From assembly GCA_944392955.1 (NCBI GenBank), contig CALXYK010000004.1, forward strand, positions 69,048 through 133,047: DNA of 64,000 nucleotides, in the 5' to 3' direction. Positions within the stretch are counted from its first letter, which is position 1; every line of letters begins with the position of its first letter. The translations under genes and the position numbers were made by a program. Source of the stretch: an uncultured Alphaproteobacteria bacterium. Its GTDB lineage: Bacteria > Pseudomonadota > Alphaproteobacteria > Rs-D84 > CACZYB01. Shown in pieces: positions 18,176 through 28,140 of this stretch. The notes beneath the pieces are model-generated. The model was not told the DNA's origin and ran no database searches. It saw only the letters and a program-made list of their open reading frames with translations.

Positions 18176-18238
18176 ATAGGTAGATAAACAAAACACTCAC
18201 ATTATATATAAAATTTTCTATTTTTCAAGAAAAATTTA

Positions 18239-19621
18239 CTAAAATTTTAAATCTCCTAAATCCGGCATATTCGCAAATTCCCCACTATCCTTCATTTGCT
18301 TTGCCATTTGCATCAATCCCTTTAAACCGCCCATATTATTCATCTGTTCCATCATAGACTTAGTTTTTTGATAATGCTTAATCAACTTTTCAACATCGGA
18401 CAAGGAAACTCCCGCCCCCTTTGCAATACGTTTTTTTCTTCCCAAAAGTAGTATATCAGGATTTCTCCTTTCCTTTAATGTCATAGAAAGTATTATAGCC
18501 TCCTGTTTTTTCATCATATCATCATTCATTCCAGCGGATTGTAGTTTATCAGCAATACCAGAAATTCCCGGAATAAATTTCATAATTCCGCCAATACTAC
18601 CTAATTTTTTTACTTGTTTAAATTGTGAAAGCATATCTTCAAAATTGAATTGCCCCGACATCAAACGATCGGTAAGTTTTTTTGCCTCATCCTCGTCAAT
18701 TTTTTCTTGTGCCTTTTCTACTAAGGAAACTATATCACCCATACCCAAAATACGGCTAGCAATTCTATCAGGGAAAAATAGTTCCAAATCATCCTCTTTT
18801 TCTCCACTACCTAAAAATTTAACAGGCACTCCAATAGAAGCCTTCATAGATAACGCGGAACCACCTCTTGCATCACCATCAACCCTAGTCATAATAATAC
18901 CAGTTAAGCCCAAGGCATCATTAAACGATTTTGCGACATTAACTCCATCTTGCCCCATCAAAGCATCTACACAAAGGAAAATATCATCAGGACAAAGCAT
19001 CTTTTTTATCTCTGAGATTTCCTTCATCATATCGGAATCAATACTAACCCTACCCGCAGTATCAACTAAAACAACATCAAAATCGGCAAAGGATTTTTTC
19101 GCTCTTTTGATAATATCTAAGGCTTTCTCACCTTCCACAATAGGCAAAGTTGCAACACCTATTTTTTCACCCCAAATTTTAAGTTGTTCCCTTGCCTGAG
19201 GTCTATATACATCAGTTGAAAGCATTAAGACACTTTTTCCATACTTTTTCTGTATAAACTTTGCAAGTTTAGCAGTGGTAGTAGTTTTTCCACTTCCATT
19301 CAAACCGGACATCAATATTATATAAGGTTTCTTATCCAACACCAAACCATCATTTTTTTCACCCAGCATTGAAACCAGTTCATCATTAACTATTTTCACC
19401 ACTTGATTAGCAGGGCTAACATCCTTTATAATTTGTTGACCTATTGCTTTTTCTTCTATTTTTTGCAATAAATTTTTTACAACAGGCAAAGAAACATCTG
19501 CTTCTAACAAAGCAATTTTTATTTCTCGCAATGCATCTTTTACATCTGTTTCAGAAAGTTTATTTTTACCTCTGATAGCATCAAAAGTTCTTAATAATTT
19601 TTTTGATAATGATTCAAACAT
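18239..19621 (-). CDS. ffh: Signal recognition particle protein Ffh
   Basis: A 460-aa protein. The NG domain has GTPase motifs (GLNGSGKTTT, DTAGR, TRVDGD). The C-terminus is Met-rich (M domain). Confidence 0.9.
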   Translation of the reverse strand: MFESLSKKLLRTFDAIRGKNKLSETDVKDALREIKIALLEADVSLPVVKNLLQKIEEKAIGQQIIKDVSPANQVVKIVNDELVSMLGEKNDGLVLDKKPYIILMSGLNGSGKTTTTAKLAKFIQKKYGKSVLMLSTDVYRPQAREQLKIWGEKIGVATLPIVEGEKALDIIKRAKKSFADFDVVLVDTAGRVSIDSDMMKEISEIKKMLCPDDIFLCVDALMGQDGVNVAKSFNDALGLTGIIMTRVDGDARGGSALSMKASIGVPVKFLGSGEKEDDLELFFPDRIASRILGMGDIVSLVEKAQEKIDEDEAKKLTDRLMSGQFNFEDMLSQFKQVKKLGSIGGIMKFIPGISGIADKLQSAGMNDDMMKKQEAIILSMTLKERRNPDILLLGRKKRIAKGAGVSLSDVEKLIKHYQKTKSMMEQMNNMGGLKGLMQMAKQMKDSGEFANMPDLGDLKF

Positions 19622-19636
19622 ACTAAAATACCTTCT

Positions 19637-21247
19637 TTAATTTACTGCACTAGGTTCAATAGGTCCAAATGTTTCGGAAATTCCTAAAATTTCATCAACT
19701 AAAACATAGACATCTTTTAAATAATCCTTTGCAGATAAGTTAAACTTTTCTGGATTATCTTCATACTTTTCTATATAAAGTCGCATAGTCGCACCAACAG
19801 TTCCTGTACCTGACAATCTGAAAAATATCCTTATACCATCAGTTGTAAAGATTTGAACACCTTGAGCCTTAGATACCTCAGAGGTAACAGGATCTTTGTA
19901 ATCAAAGACTTCTTTTGATGCAATTTCAAATTTTCCATACATTTTTCCATCAATAGAAATGGTTTTCATTTTTTCCCAAATGGCTTCTGCTTTTTCTTTA
20001 TCAACACCTTCATAACTATATTGAGAATAGAAAATTCTACCATTTTCACTCCAAATTTCTTTTACAATTTCTGCAACACTTTTTCCAGTTTTTGCAAGGA
20101 TATTCAACCAAAACAATATTGCAAAGATTCCATCTTTTTCACGAATATAATCGCCCCCCTGCCCAAAACTTTCTTCACCACAAAGATTTATTTTTTTTGC
20201 ATCTAATAATGTCGCAAAAAATTTCCAACCAGTCGGAGTATTATATACATTTATACCCATTTTATCTGCAACTTTGTCTACTGCACTTGATGTAGGAATA
20301 GAACGAGCCACACCTAACAACCCATCCTTATAATAAGGGATAAGTTTATGATACTTTGTCATAACAGCCAAACAATCCGAAGGTATCACATAAAACCCCT
20401 TTCCCAGTATCATATTTCTATCACCATCACCATCACATGCACAACCAAAATCGGCCACCCCTTCCATCATAGCATCATAAATTTCACTAGCATAAGTAGG
20501 ATTAGGTTCCGGATGCACACCACCGAAATCAGGCATAGGTTTTGCATTTAAAATCCAATCATATTTAGCCTCTAACCTATTCACAAATATTTCTATCGCA
20601 GTAGGTCCCGTAGACGCATTCATCGCATCAAATCTAAACGTATGCCCACTTCTGAACCAATCACGAATAGCAGGAAAATCAAACATAGACTCCATTAAAT
20701 CAGCATAATCTTTTATAGGATCTAAAAATTCAACTTCATCCAAAGAAAGTGCTTCCTCATCTGATATATCCAAAGAAAGATAGGTCTGTATTTTTTTTGT
20801 TTCCTCAAAAATAGCATTGGTAATAGATTCAGGAGCTCCACCACCATTGGACATTTCAACCTTTATACCAAAATCACCATTTTCTCCACCAGGATTATGA
20901 GATGCCGAAAGGATAAAACCACCATCTGCATTATACTTTCTTATTATATTAGAAATAGCAGGAGTCGGAGCCACCAACTCTTTACCTACTACAAAAATTT
21001 TTTTTACACCATTTGCAACAAGTAATTTTATTATCTTAGGTAAAAATTGTATTCCTGGATAACGACCATCACCACCTATAACCCATGTATCAATCTTATC
21101 CCCATTATTTTTTCTAACAGAAATAGAAGATTGTATGAAATTTTCCAAAAAATTCTTCTGCATAAAAATTTTAGTTTGTTTTCTTAAACCACCTGTTCCT
21201 GGTTTTTGATTATCAAATGGCTTTGTATCAATTTTTAAAATATCCAT
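19637..21247 (-). CDS. pgm: Phosphoglucomutase (alpha-D-glucose phosphate-specific)
   Basis: A 536-aa protein with the active-site Ser loop SASHNPGG, the metal-binding motif DGDGDR and the sugar-binding motif GEESFG. Confidence 0.85.
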   Translation of the reverse strand: MDILKIDTKPFDNQKPGTGGLRKQTKIFMQKNFLENFIQSSISVRKNNGDKIDTWVIGGDGRYPGIQFLPKIIKLLVANGVKKIFVVGKELVAPTPAISNIIRKYNADGGFILSASHNPGGENGDFGIKVEMSNGGGAPESITNAIFEETKKIQTYLSLDISDEEALSLDEVEFLDPIKDYADLMESMFDFPAIRDWFRSGHTFRFDAMNASTGPTAIEIFVNRLEAKYDWILNAKPMPDFGGVHPEPNPTYASEIYDAMMEGVADFGCACDGDGDRNMILGKGFYVIPSDCLAVMTKYHKLIPYYKDGLLGVARSIPTSSAVDKVADKMGINVYNTPTGWKFFATLLDAKKINLCGEESFGQGGDYIREKDGIFAILFWLNILAKTGKSVAEIVKEIWSENGRIFYSQYSYEGVDKEKAEAIWEKMKTISIDGKMYGKFEIASKEVFDYKDPVTSEVSKAQGVQIFTTDGIRIFFRLSGTGTVGATMRLYIEKYEDNPEKFNLSAKDYLKDVYVLVDEILGISETFGPIEPSAVN

Positions 21248-21321
21248 AATATAATTCTCCTTTTTAAAATAAAGTCAGGAAATACAATAACACTATTACA
21301 ACAGATAAGCAAGAAAGTTTT

Positions 21322-22158
21322 TTACTTTAACACATAACACCAATCATTATTTTTTTTCATATCTTTACAAAGCATCTCTAACTCTTTTCTATCACCTACA
21401 AGATATAGTCTATAATACCAACCCTTTCCATCAACATTTTCATATCTAACAAAAGGTTCAAATATATTAAATTGTGGGTATTTATTCTCCAATATTTTCA
21501 AACCATCATATGCATTTTTTTCATTCAAATACGATGCAATATGAGCCATCGCAGTCCCTTGTTCTGTTTGTTCTATAAAATATCCATCTTGCATATTTTC
21601 TGTTAAAATAGATTTCGGAGCACTACCTTCAACAAGATTGTTTTGAGTAGTATTACTATCATTTAATAAGTCATTTTTCATTGTATCATCATATTCTTTT
21701 AAAACAAAATTGGCAAAATCGTTATTTTCTAAATCACTTTTTTCCAAAGTATCATCCACAACAGATTTTTCATTTTCTTTCGTTTTTTCAAGATGTATTG
21801 GTTTTAATTTCACCGGTGGCAAGTCATTGTTTTTTTGACTCTGTTCTGTCTCTATCCCACCTACAACTATCGTTTGAAAATCATCTTTATCTTTATCTTT
21901 ATTTTTATCATTTGTATTTTCATTCATATTTTCTACAACAGAAGTTTGCACATCATCTGTTTTTATCACAGATGATGATTCCTTGTTATCTTCCTCAACA
22001 GATTTTGGCATCAAACTATGCCTTAAATCAAACGAAGATATTTGATTTTTAATTTCGGGAAAAGGTTTATCATAATCTACCCCCTCTGCCAAAACAACAG
22101 GTGGGAAAGCAACTAAAAATAACAAAACATAAAAACAAGAAAACATTTTTCCCTCCAC
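21322..22158 (-). CDS. Secreted acidic hypothetical protein (278 aa); the C-terminal ~35 aa may be a SPOR-like fold
   Basis: The signal peptide is FYVLLFLVAFPPVVLAEG. The middle is Asp/Glu/Asn-rich. The C-terminus is GKGWYYRLYLVGDRKELEMLCKDMKK. It is divergent from the 22.2-kb coiled-coil gene. Confidence 0.5.
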   Translation of the reverse strand: MEGKMFSCFYVLLFLVAFPPVVLAEGVDYDKPFPEIKNQISSFDLRHSLMPKSVEEDNKESSSVIKTDDVQTSVVENMNENTNDKNKDKDKDDFQTIVVGGIETEQSQKNNDLPPVKLKPIHLEKTKENEKSVVDDTLEKSDLENNDFANFVLKEYDDTMKNDLLNDSNTTQNNLVEGSAPKSILTENMQDGYFIEQTEQGTAMAHIASYLNEKNAYDGLKILENKYPQFNIFEPFVRYENVDGKGWYYRLYLVGDRKELEMLCKDMKKNNDWCYVLK

Positions 22159-22225
22159 AACAACAAAATCTTGTCTTAATCATAAAATTATGATACAATA
22201 TATAAATCACAGGGGCAATAAAAAA

Positions 22226-24955
22226 ATGAGTGAATTTAAACTATCAACAGAAAACGATAAAAAAATAGATGAATTTAAAAATTTAAAATCTAAATATGAT
22301 GATTTTAATAAAGTATATGGTTTCAGAAAAATAAACCCTGTATACATATATATCACTGCTATTGTGTTAAGTTTGGTATGGATTGGACTTTTAATATATT
22401 ATGCAAGCAATAGTGTTTATAACTGGTCCTCATTGTTTAAAATGCTTCCTCATGAATTTGGTGGTTTTTTAGCAGGAACTATCGTTCCCATCGGCTTTAT
22501 ATGGATGGTCGCCCTTTACATAGATAAAAATATCAATTCCAATTATGAACATGAGGTAATTTACCCATTTTTACAAAGTATAATTGATCCACATGGGGAT
22601 ACATCTGTTATAACAAAGGTAATCACAAAAAAAATAGAAACAGAAACAACTGAATTAAAAAATACTATTAACAAATTTGTAGAATATTCTGAAAAATTAA
22701 GCAACATTCACAATGCTATATCTGAAAAGGTAAACAATACTATCCTATCTATAAAGGAACATGAAACTCATCTAAAATCTATTACAAATAATCTAAACAC
22801 CTCAACCGAGTCAATAGATGGTAAAGTCAGAAACATTTTAGAAATTATTTCAGAAAATATCGGATTATTAGTTGACACAACAAACAGCGCCGAAGAAAAA
22901 ACAAATTCTATAACAAAAAATTTATTATCAGAAACTGAAAAATTGGAAACCACCATTGAAAAAACCGCTAATATAGTAGAGGTAATCTCCCAAACAATAG
23001 ATACTAACTCTCTAAATATAGAAAGTTCCACAAAAAATGCTATCCAAAAGGCAAAGGAGATAGAAGAAACCTTTGATACAATTGGCAATAGAATTGTATC
23101 TTCTACCGAAGTAAGTGAAATACGTGCTAATCAATTATTAAACAACATTGAAGATAAAACAAATAACATCATTCAAAAAACAAATTTATCAGCAACAAAA
23201 ATAAACTATATGTATGAAACTATTTCATCGCTAATTGACACAATGGAAAAAATATCAAACGAACATAAAAAAGTATCAGAAAACAATTTACAAACTATCA
23301 ACACCCAATCAACTAATATAATAAAGGAATTAAAAGAACAAACCGAAAAATTTGAATATAATACAGGTTCTATCTTAGAAACTATCAATAACATAGAGGA
23401 AAAATTCAGCAATATAAACAACGGAATCGAAGGTATATCAAACAATATAATTCAACATTTCAAAGACATTGCCCTTGAAATAAAGGAGCAAAAAGATCAA
23501 CTTTACTCAACTTCTAACGAGGTAAGTCAAAATATAGATAGTGTATCTGAAAAATTTTTATTAGAAAAAAATCTATTTATTTCCTCAATATCAGATATAA
23601 AAGAAATTGCTACACAAACATCTGAAAATATGAAATCATCAGCAAACGATATAATTTTTACATCAAACAATATAAAAGGTACTGCACAAGAAATAAACGA
23701 ACTTATTACAAATTCCAGTAAAAATCTCAGTGCTCAAGCCGAAATAACATCAAAAGTTGCACACGATATAAAAACAACACTAACAAATGAAATAAATAAT
23801 TTAGAAGAGCTTGCAAACACCGTCGCAACTCAAAATAGATTGAGTGAAATGTCAATAGAAGAAGAAGGCAAAAAACTATCAAATATTACCGAAGAATTGT
23901 TAATTAAAATAGGCACCATGAACAGCAAGATATCTTCCACAATAAACAATATTTTAAACCTAAGTGGACAACTTGATAACAAATTCAATTCTATAAACGA
24001 AAACATTTTACAAAAATCTACACAGGCAGCAAAAATCATAAATGATAGCGTGGAAAGAAGTGTAAACTCATCAAATAATTTCAGGGAAATATCTTCTCAA
24101 TTTATTGAAAATTCAACAAAAACCAACTCTGACATAAACAAACTTATCTCCGAACTTAAAAAAGAAACAATGGTATTAGATGGCACTACAAAATCAGCCA
24201 AGGAATTAGTCGGAAGCATTTCTGCAGAAATTATAAAGGCTGCACAAAATATACCTGAACTAAATTCTAATATTCATAATATAAATAATAACTTAAAAAC
24301 TACCAACCAAAACATAGACCAAAGTATTTTAAATACAACTAAAAAAACAAATGAACTTATTCAAAATTTAAATCAAATAGAAAACAAATTTTCAAGGTTT
24401 GTAAACGAAAAATCATCCGAAATGGATTTAATTACAAATTCATCTACCCAAGCAATAACAAAAATTGCAAATTACACAAATAAATTAAATCAAGAAACAA
24501 AACAAACATTAGAAGATTTAAAAACACAATACGAAACTATACAAAATATATCTGGTTTAAACAAATCAAACTCAAATATAAAAACAACTAACACAAGTAA
24601 TTTTTTAAATGAAGCAGGTTTCATAATAGAAAAACTAAACTCTATTTCAATAGATATTTCATCAATACTATCCCCTGAAATAAATCAAGAACTATGGAAC
24701 AAATATAATGCCGGACACAAAAGTGTATTTTCTAGATACCTATCAAAAACCTTAGATAAGAGACAAATAAATAGTCTACATGAACTGATACACACTAATT
24801 CCGAATTTGCACAATATGTAAAATCATTTATAAAGGAATTTAATAATATCATAGCCAAGGCATCAACAACCGATAAAAGCGAGATTTTAGTAGAAACATT
24901 AACATCAACAGATATAGGCAAAATATACATGTTATTAAGGGAAATTGTACAATAA
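22226..24955 (+). CDS. Membrane-anchored giant coiled-coil protein (about 909 aa from the internal ATG), hypothetical
   Basis: The ATG at 22226 (MSEFKLS) follows an AGGGG SD; the ORF track begins earlier, at 22190. There are two N-terminal TM helices (IYITAIVLSLVWIGLLIYYA; FGGFLAGTIVPIGFIWMVALYI). After them comes ~800 aa of uninterrupted low-complexity helical sequence rich in N/I/S/T/E/K with heptad-like periodicity. A sigma70-like promoter TTGTCT-N17-TACAAT lies at about 22168-22196. Confidence 0.55.
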   Translation: MSEFKLSTENDKKIDEFKNLKSKYDDFNKVYGFRKINPVYIYITAIVLSLVWIGLLIYYASNSVYNWSSLFKMLPHEFGGFLAGTIVPIGFIWMVALYIDKNINSNYEHEVIYPFLQSIIDPHGDTSVITKVITKKIETETTELKNTINKFVEYSEKLSNIHNAISEKVNNTILSIKEHETHLKSITNNLNTSTESIDGKVRNILEIISENIGLLVDTTNSAEEKTNSITKNLLSETEKLETTIEKTANIVEVISQTIDTNSLNIESSTKNAIQKAKEIEETFDTIGNRIVSSTEVSEIRANQLLNNIEDKTNNIIQKTNLSATKINYMYETISSLIDTMEKISNEHKKVSENNLQTINTQSTNIIKELKEQTEKFEYNTGSILETINNIEEKFSNINNGIEGISNNIIQHFKDIALEIKEQKDQLYSTSNEVSQNIDSVSEKFLLEKNLFISSISDIKEIATQTSENMKSSANDIIFTSNNIKGTAQEINELITNSSKNLSAQAEITSKVAHDIKTTLTNEINNLEELANTVATQNRLSEMSIEEEGKKLSNITEELLIKIGTMNSKISSTINNILNLSGQLDNKFNSINENILQKSTQAAKIINDSVERSVNSSNNFREISSQFIENSTKTNSDINKLISELKKETMVLDGTTKSAKELVGSISAEIIKAAQNIPELNSNIHNINNNLKTTNQNIDQSILNTTKKTNELIQNLNQIENKFSRFVNEKSSEMDLITNSSTQAITKIANYTNKLNQETKQTLEDLKTQYETIQNISGLNKSNSNIKTTNTSNFLNEAGFIIEKLNSISIDISSILSPEINQELWNKYNAGHKSVFSRYLSKTLDKRQINSLHELIHTNSEFAQYVKSFIKEFNNIIAKASTTDKSEILVETLTSTDIGKIYMLLREIVQ

Positions 24956-24956
24956 A

Positions 24957-25400
24957 CTATTCGTTAAAATCCATTCCCAAAAAACCAAAATTTAAATCTG
25001 AAAATTCCATTTGAAATTTTGCATCTTCAGACATTTTTGATAAATCCCATACAGGATACCAAACAACTTTAACAACTACCACACCTACACCTTCTAAACT
25101 TGCAATACTTTCAGCAACCCAAATAGGTATTTCATCTGCCATAGGACAAGTTGGCGAAGTCAAACTCATCACAATATTTACATTACCATCTTTTTGTAAA
25201 TCTATATCATAAATCAAACCTAAATTATAAACATCTATATTTATTTCAGGATCAAAAACTAATTTTAATGCATCAATAATAACACTTTTTTTCTTTAAAG
25301 GTTTTTGTTTTTTTGACAGAGGATTTCCCCGTTCAACAATAACATCTTTAAGTTCTTTTACATTATCCTCTATTACTAAACTTTCCTTAGTCTCCGACAT
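24957..25400 (-). CDS. sufT: Fe-S cluster assembly protein SufT (DUF59/MIP18 family)
   Basis: A 147-aa protein with the conserved motifs LTSPTCPMADEI and DPEINIDVYNLGLIY. It lies immediately downstream of sufS. Confidence 0.7.
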   Translation of the reverse strand: MSETKESLVIEDNVKELKDVIVERGNPLSKKQKPLKKKSVIIDALKLVFDPEINIDVYNLGLIYDIDLQKDGNVNIVMSLTSPTCPMADEIPIWVAESIASLEGVGVVVVKVVWYPVWDLSKMSEDAKFQMEFSDLNFGFLGMDFNE

Positions 25401-25408
25401 AATACACC

Positions 25409-26602
25409 CTACCTTAACATAACCAATACTTTTTTTAAGGTTTCTATAAATTTATCAATATCTTCCTTATCATTATAAATACCTAATGAAACACGAATAG
25501 AAGAATCTATCCCAAACCTAGTATGCAAAGGCTCTGCGCAATGTTTTCCAACTCTTACACAAATATTATTTTTCCCTAATAAAAAGCCTATATCAAAGGA
25601 AGAAACCTTATCAATTACAAACGAAACAATAGAATTTGAATCCATACTACTAATAAACTTTACCCCACTAATTTCTGAAAGCTTTGCAATAAGATAAGTT
25701 GTTAACCCTGATAAATACTTACTGATTTTATCCATACCAATACTTTCAATGAAATCTATCGCAGCCCCAAACCCTACTACCTCAACAACAGGAGGAGTCC
25801 CTGCCTCAAATTTAGAAGGAGGTTCCTTAAAAACAACTTTATCCAAGGACACACTTTCAACCATATCTCCACCAAATTGATATGGTAGAAGCAAATCAAG
25901 TAAAGATTTCTTACCATATAAAATACCAAGTCCTGTTGGCCCATAAATTTTATGAGACGAAAACACATAGAAATCAATATCCAACACAGACACATTAACC
26001 TTGTCATGAGCAGTTAATTGTGCACCATCCACACAAACCTTTGCCCCATAATTATGAGAAATTTTGACAATCTTACCAATATCGTTTTTAAGTCCTATTA
26101 CATTTGATTGTGCGGTCACACATACCAATTTAACTTTATCTGAAATATTTTTTTCAAACCAATCATAATCAAAAGAACCATCTTCTAAAATTGGCAAATA
26201 CTTTATTTTTATATTTTTTTGCAGTTCTAAATCTTTCCAAGGAAGGAAATTGGAATGATGCTCTGCCTCCGAAACAATTATTTCATCCCCATCAATTAAC
26301 AAAGAACGATAAGACGAAGCCAACAAATTAAATGCTTCGGTAGAACCCTTTGTAAAAACTATCTCCGACATATCCGATGCACCAATAAATTTAGCCACCT
26401 TTGCCCTAACATCATCATAAAGCATACTTGCATTTTCAGACCAATTATACAATCCTCTGTGTATATTGGCATAAGAATTACAATAAAAATCATTCATTGC
26501 ATCTATGACAGATTGTGGTTTTTGTGCCGAAGCAGCACTATCCAAATATACAACATCTGGATTAGAAGTAAATATCGGAAAATTCTTTTTTATTTCATCC
26601 AT
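25409..26602 (-). CDS. sufS: Cysteine desulfurase SufS (class II aminotransferase)
   Basis: PLP-Lys region SSHKIYGPTGLGILYG, the catalytic Cys loop (GKHCAEPL) and YLDSAASAQKP near the N-terminus are present. The start is set at the internal ATG 26602 (MDEIKKNF) because the first 29 codons of the ORF overlap the divergent trxA start. Confidence 0.85.
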   Translation of the reverse strand: MDEIKKNFPIFTSNPDVVYLDSAASAQKPQSVIDAMNDFYCNSYANIHRGLYNWSENASMLYDDVRAKVAKFIGASDMSEIVFTKGSTEAFNLLASSYRSLLIDGDEIIVSEAEHHSNFLPWKDLELQKNIKIKYLPILEDGSFDYDWFEKNISDKVKLVCVTAQSNVIGLKNDIGKIVKISHNYGAKVCVDGAQLTAHDKVNVSVLDIDFYVFSSHKIYGPTGLGILYGKKSLLDLLLPYQFGGDMVESVSLDKVVFKEPPSKFEAGTPPVVEVVGFGAAIDFIESIGMDKISKYLSGLTTYLIAKLSEISGVKFISSMDSNSIVSFVIDKVSSFDIGFLLGKNNICVRVGKHCAEPLHTRFGIDSSIRVSLGIYNDKEDIDKFIETLKKVLVMLR

Positions 26603-26682
26603 CAAAATATACCTATTGCTTTTTTTATAAAATATACTATATAATATAATGTAATTTAATAAATTTAACAAGGAGAAAAAAT

Positions 26683-27003
26683 ATGGCATTTATACCTGTA
26701 AACGATGCAAATTTTGAAACAGAAGTTTTAAAATCAGATAAAATAGTATTAGTTGATTTTTGGGCTCAATGGTGTGGTCCATGTAGACAATTTTTACCAA
26801 TAGTAGAAGAAGTTTCAAACGAAATGTCTGATAAGGTTAAATTTTGTAAATTAAATGTTGATGAAGGAAGGGAAACTCCGGCAAAATACGGAATTACAGG
26901 AATCCCAACAATAATATTATTCCGAAATGGTGAAATCGTAGCAAGTAATAGCGGATCTATGTCTAAAAAGGCATTAACAGATTTCATAAATGCAAATATA
27001 TAG
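26683..27003 (+). CDS. trxA: Thioredoxin
   Basis: A 106-aa protein with the active site WCGPC and the thioredoxin fold motifs VDFWAQWCGPCRQ...GIPTIILF. An SD (AAGGAG) lies 9 nt upstream. Confidence 0.85.
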   Translation: MAFIPVNDANFETEVLKSDKIVLVDFWAQWCGPCRQFLPIVEEVSNEMSDKVKFCKLNVDEGRETPAKYGITGIPTIILFRNGEIVASNSGSMSKKALTDFINANI

Positions 27004-27059
27004 GTAAAAAACCAAATAAAATTTAATTAATAATAAATAAAAAATAAAAGGAGATAAAT

Positions 27060-27512
27060 ATGGCCAACGAAAAGAATAAAATCCTAGATGAAATAGTTCT
27101 ACCAGAAGGATACAAGCCATCAGAATCAGAAGAATATATGAATCCTATGCAACTTGCATATTTCAAAAAAAAGTTGCTAGATTGGAAAAAATCTCTTTTA
27201 GAAGGAAGTCAAAACACAATTAAAACATTAGTAGAGGAAACATCCGACACTTATAGTGCCGCAGGTGACGATATAGATCGTGCAAATGATGAGGCTTTAA
27301 AACAACTAGAATTAAGGGCACGCGACCGCGAAAGAAAAGTCATCGCAAAAATTGATGCCGCCCTAAAAAGAATTGAAGATGGGACTTTTGGTTATTGCGA
27401 AATAACAGATGAACCAATAGGATTAAAACGTTTGGAGGCTCGCCCTATCGCAACCATGACCGTCGAAGCCCAAGAAGAACACGAAGCAAAAGAAAAGATG
27501 TATAACAATTAA
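27060..27512 (+). CDS. dksA: RNA polymerase-binding transcription factor DksA (variant lacking the full C4 zinc finger)
   Basis: A 150-aa protein. The coiled-coil N-domain carries DxxDxA (DDIDRANDE). In the C-terminus, FGYCEITDEPIGLKRLEARP shows only one Cys where the canonical protein has a C4 finger, as in some alpha/pseudomonad DksA variants. Confidence 0.75.
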   Translation: MANEKNKILDEIVLPEGYKPSESEEYMNPMQLAYFKKKLLDWKKSLLEGSQNTIKTLVEETSDTYSAAGDDIDRANDEALKQLELRARDRERKVIAKIDAALKRIEDGTFGYCEITDEPIGLKRLEARPIATMTVEAQEEHEAKEKMYNN

Positions 27513-27520
27513 AAAAATAA

Positions 27521-27552
27521 AAAATCCCTCTTTTATGAGGGATTATTTTTCT
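27521..27552. terminator. Bidirectional rho-independent terminator (dksA on + / convergent gene on -)
   Basis: AAAAATCCCTC-tttta-TGAGGGATTATTTTT: a 7-bp GC-containing stem flanked by an A-run and a T-run. Confidence 0.65.
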
Positions 27553-27564
27553 TTTAAAAGCCTA

Positions 27565-28056
27565 TTATCTAGATTTTGAATACTTTGCTTCAAAAATCTG
27601 AGCCCTTTTCAAATCATTTACTTCTGCTAAAACTTCTTTAAATTCTGCTTCACAACGAAGTTGGTTTTCAATATCAATTTTCCTATTCAAATATTGTGAT
27701 AATAAAACCTTATCATGATCTTTTACATCAACTATATAGTTTTTCATTTTATTAGAAAGTTTTCCAAAAAACAAAGGATTTTTAATAGCCCCATCAATAG
27801 TTATTTCACTTTTTTGAAAACAAAAAGCAATCATATCTTCTGAGTATGTTAAATTTTCCAATCTTTGTTCTTCTTTTTTAAACTTAGCGAAATTTTCTTC
27901 TACTATATAATCAGTTAAAATTTTATTATTGAATTCTTGCATTTTACGAATTTCTTCGTCCTTACTTTTATTAGAAGCAATTCCAGCAACTAACAAAGTT
28001 CCTAATAAAATAATACCTGATACTTTTAAAAGTTTTTTTTGTAATTCTTTTTTCAT
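27565..28056 (-). CDS. Hypothetical membrane-anchored or periplasmic protein (163 aa)
   Basis: The N-terminal signal/anchor is LLKVSGIILLGTLLVAGIASN, followed by charged helical sequence. There are no motifs. Confidence 0.45.
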   Translation of the reverse strand: MKKELQKKLLKVSGIILLGTLLVAGIASNKSKDEEIRKMQEFNNKILTDYIVEENFAKFKKEEQRLENLTYSEDMIAFCFQKSEITIDGAIKNPLFFGKLSNKMKNYIVDVKDHDKVLLSQYLNRKIDIENQLRCEAEFKEVLAEVNDLKRAQIFEAKYSKSR

Positions 28057-28140
28057 AATACACCCCTCGGTTTTTGTTTAACTAAAAACAATATAGCCAA
28101 TATATTTTATTTTGTCAATAAAATTATTTAAAATAAATTT

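Noticed and set aside
17997-18200. 67-aa ORF on the minus strand (MSVLFIYLCRCGGTGRRKG...)
   Set aside because: It completely overlaps the tRNA-Leu(TAA) gene at 18085-18175. Its GC-rich codons come from the tRNA sequence, so the ORF is spurious.
26459-26644. 61-aa ORF on the + strand upstream of trxA
   Set aside because: It overlaps the 5' end of sufS on the opposite strand, has no SD, and is AT-rich low-complexity sequence.
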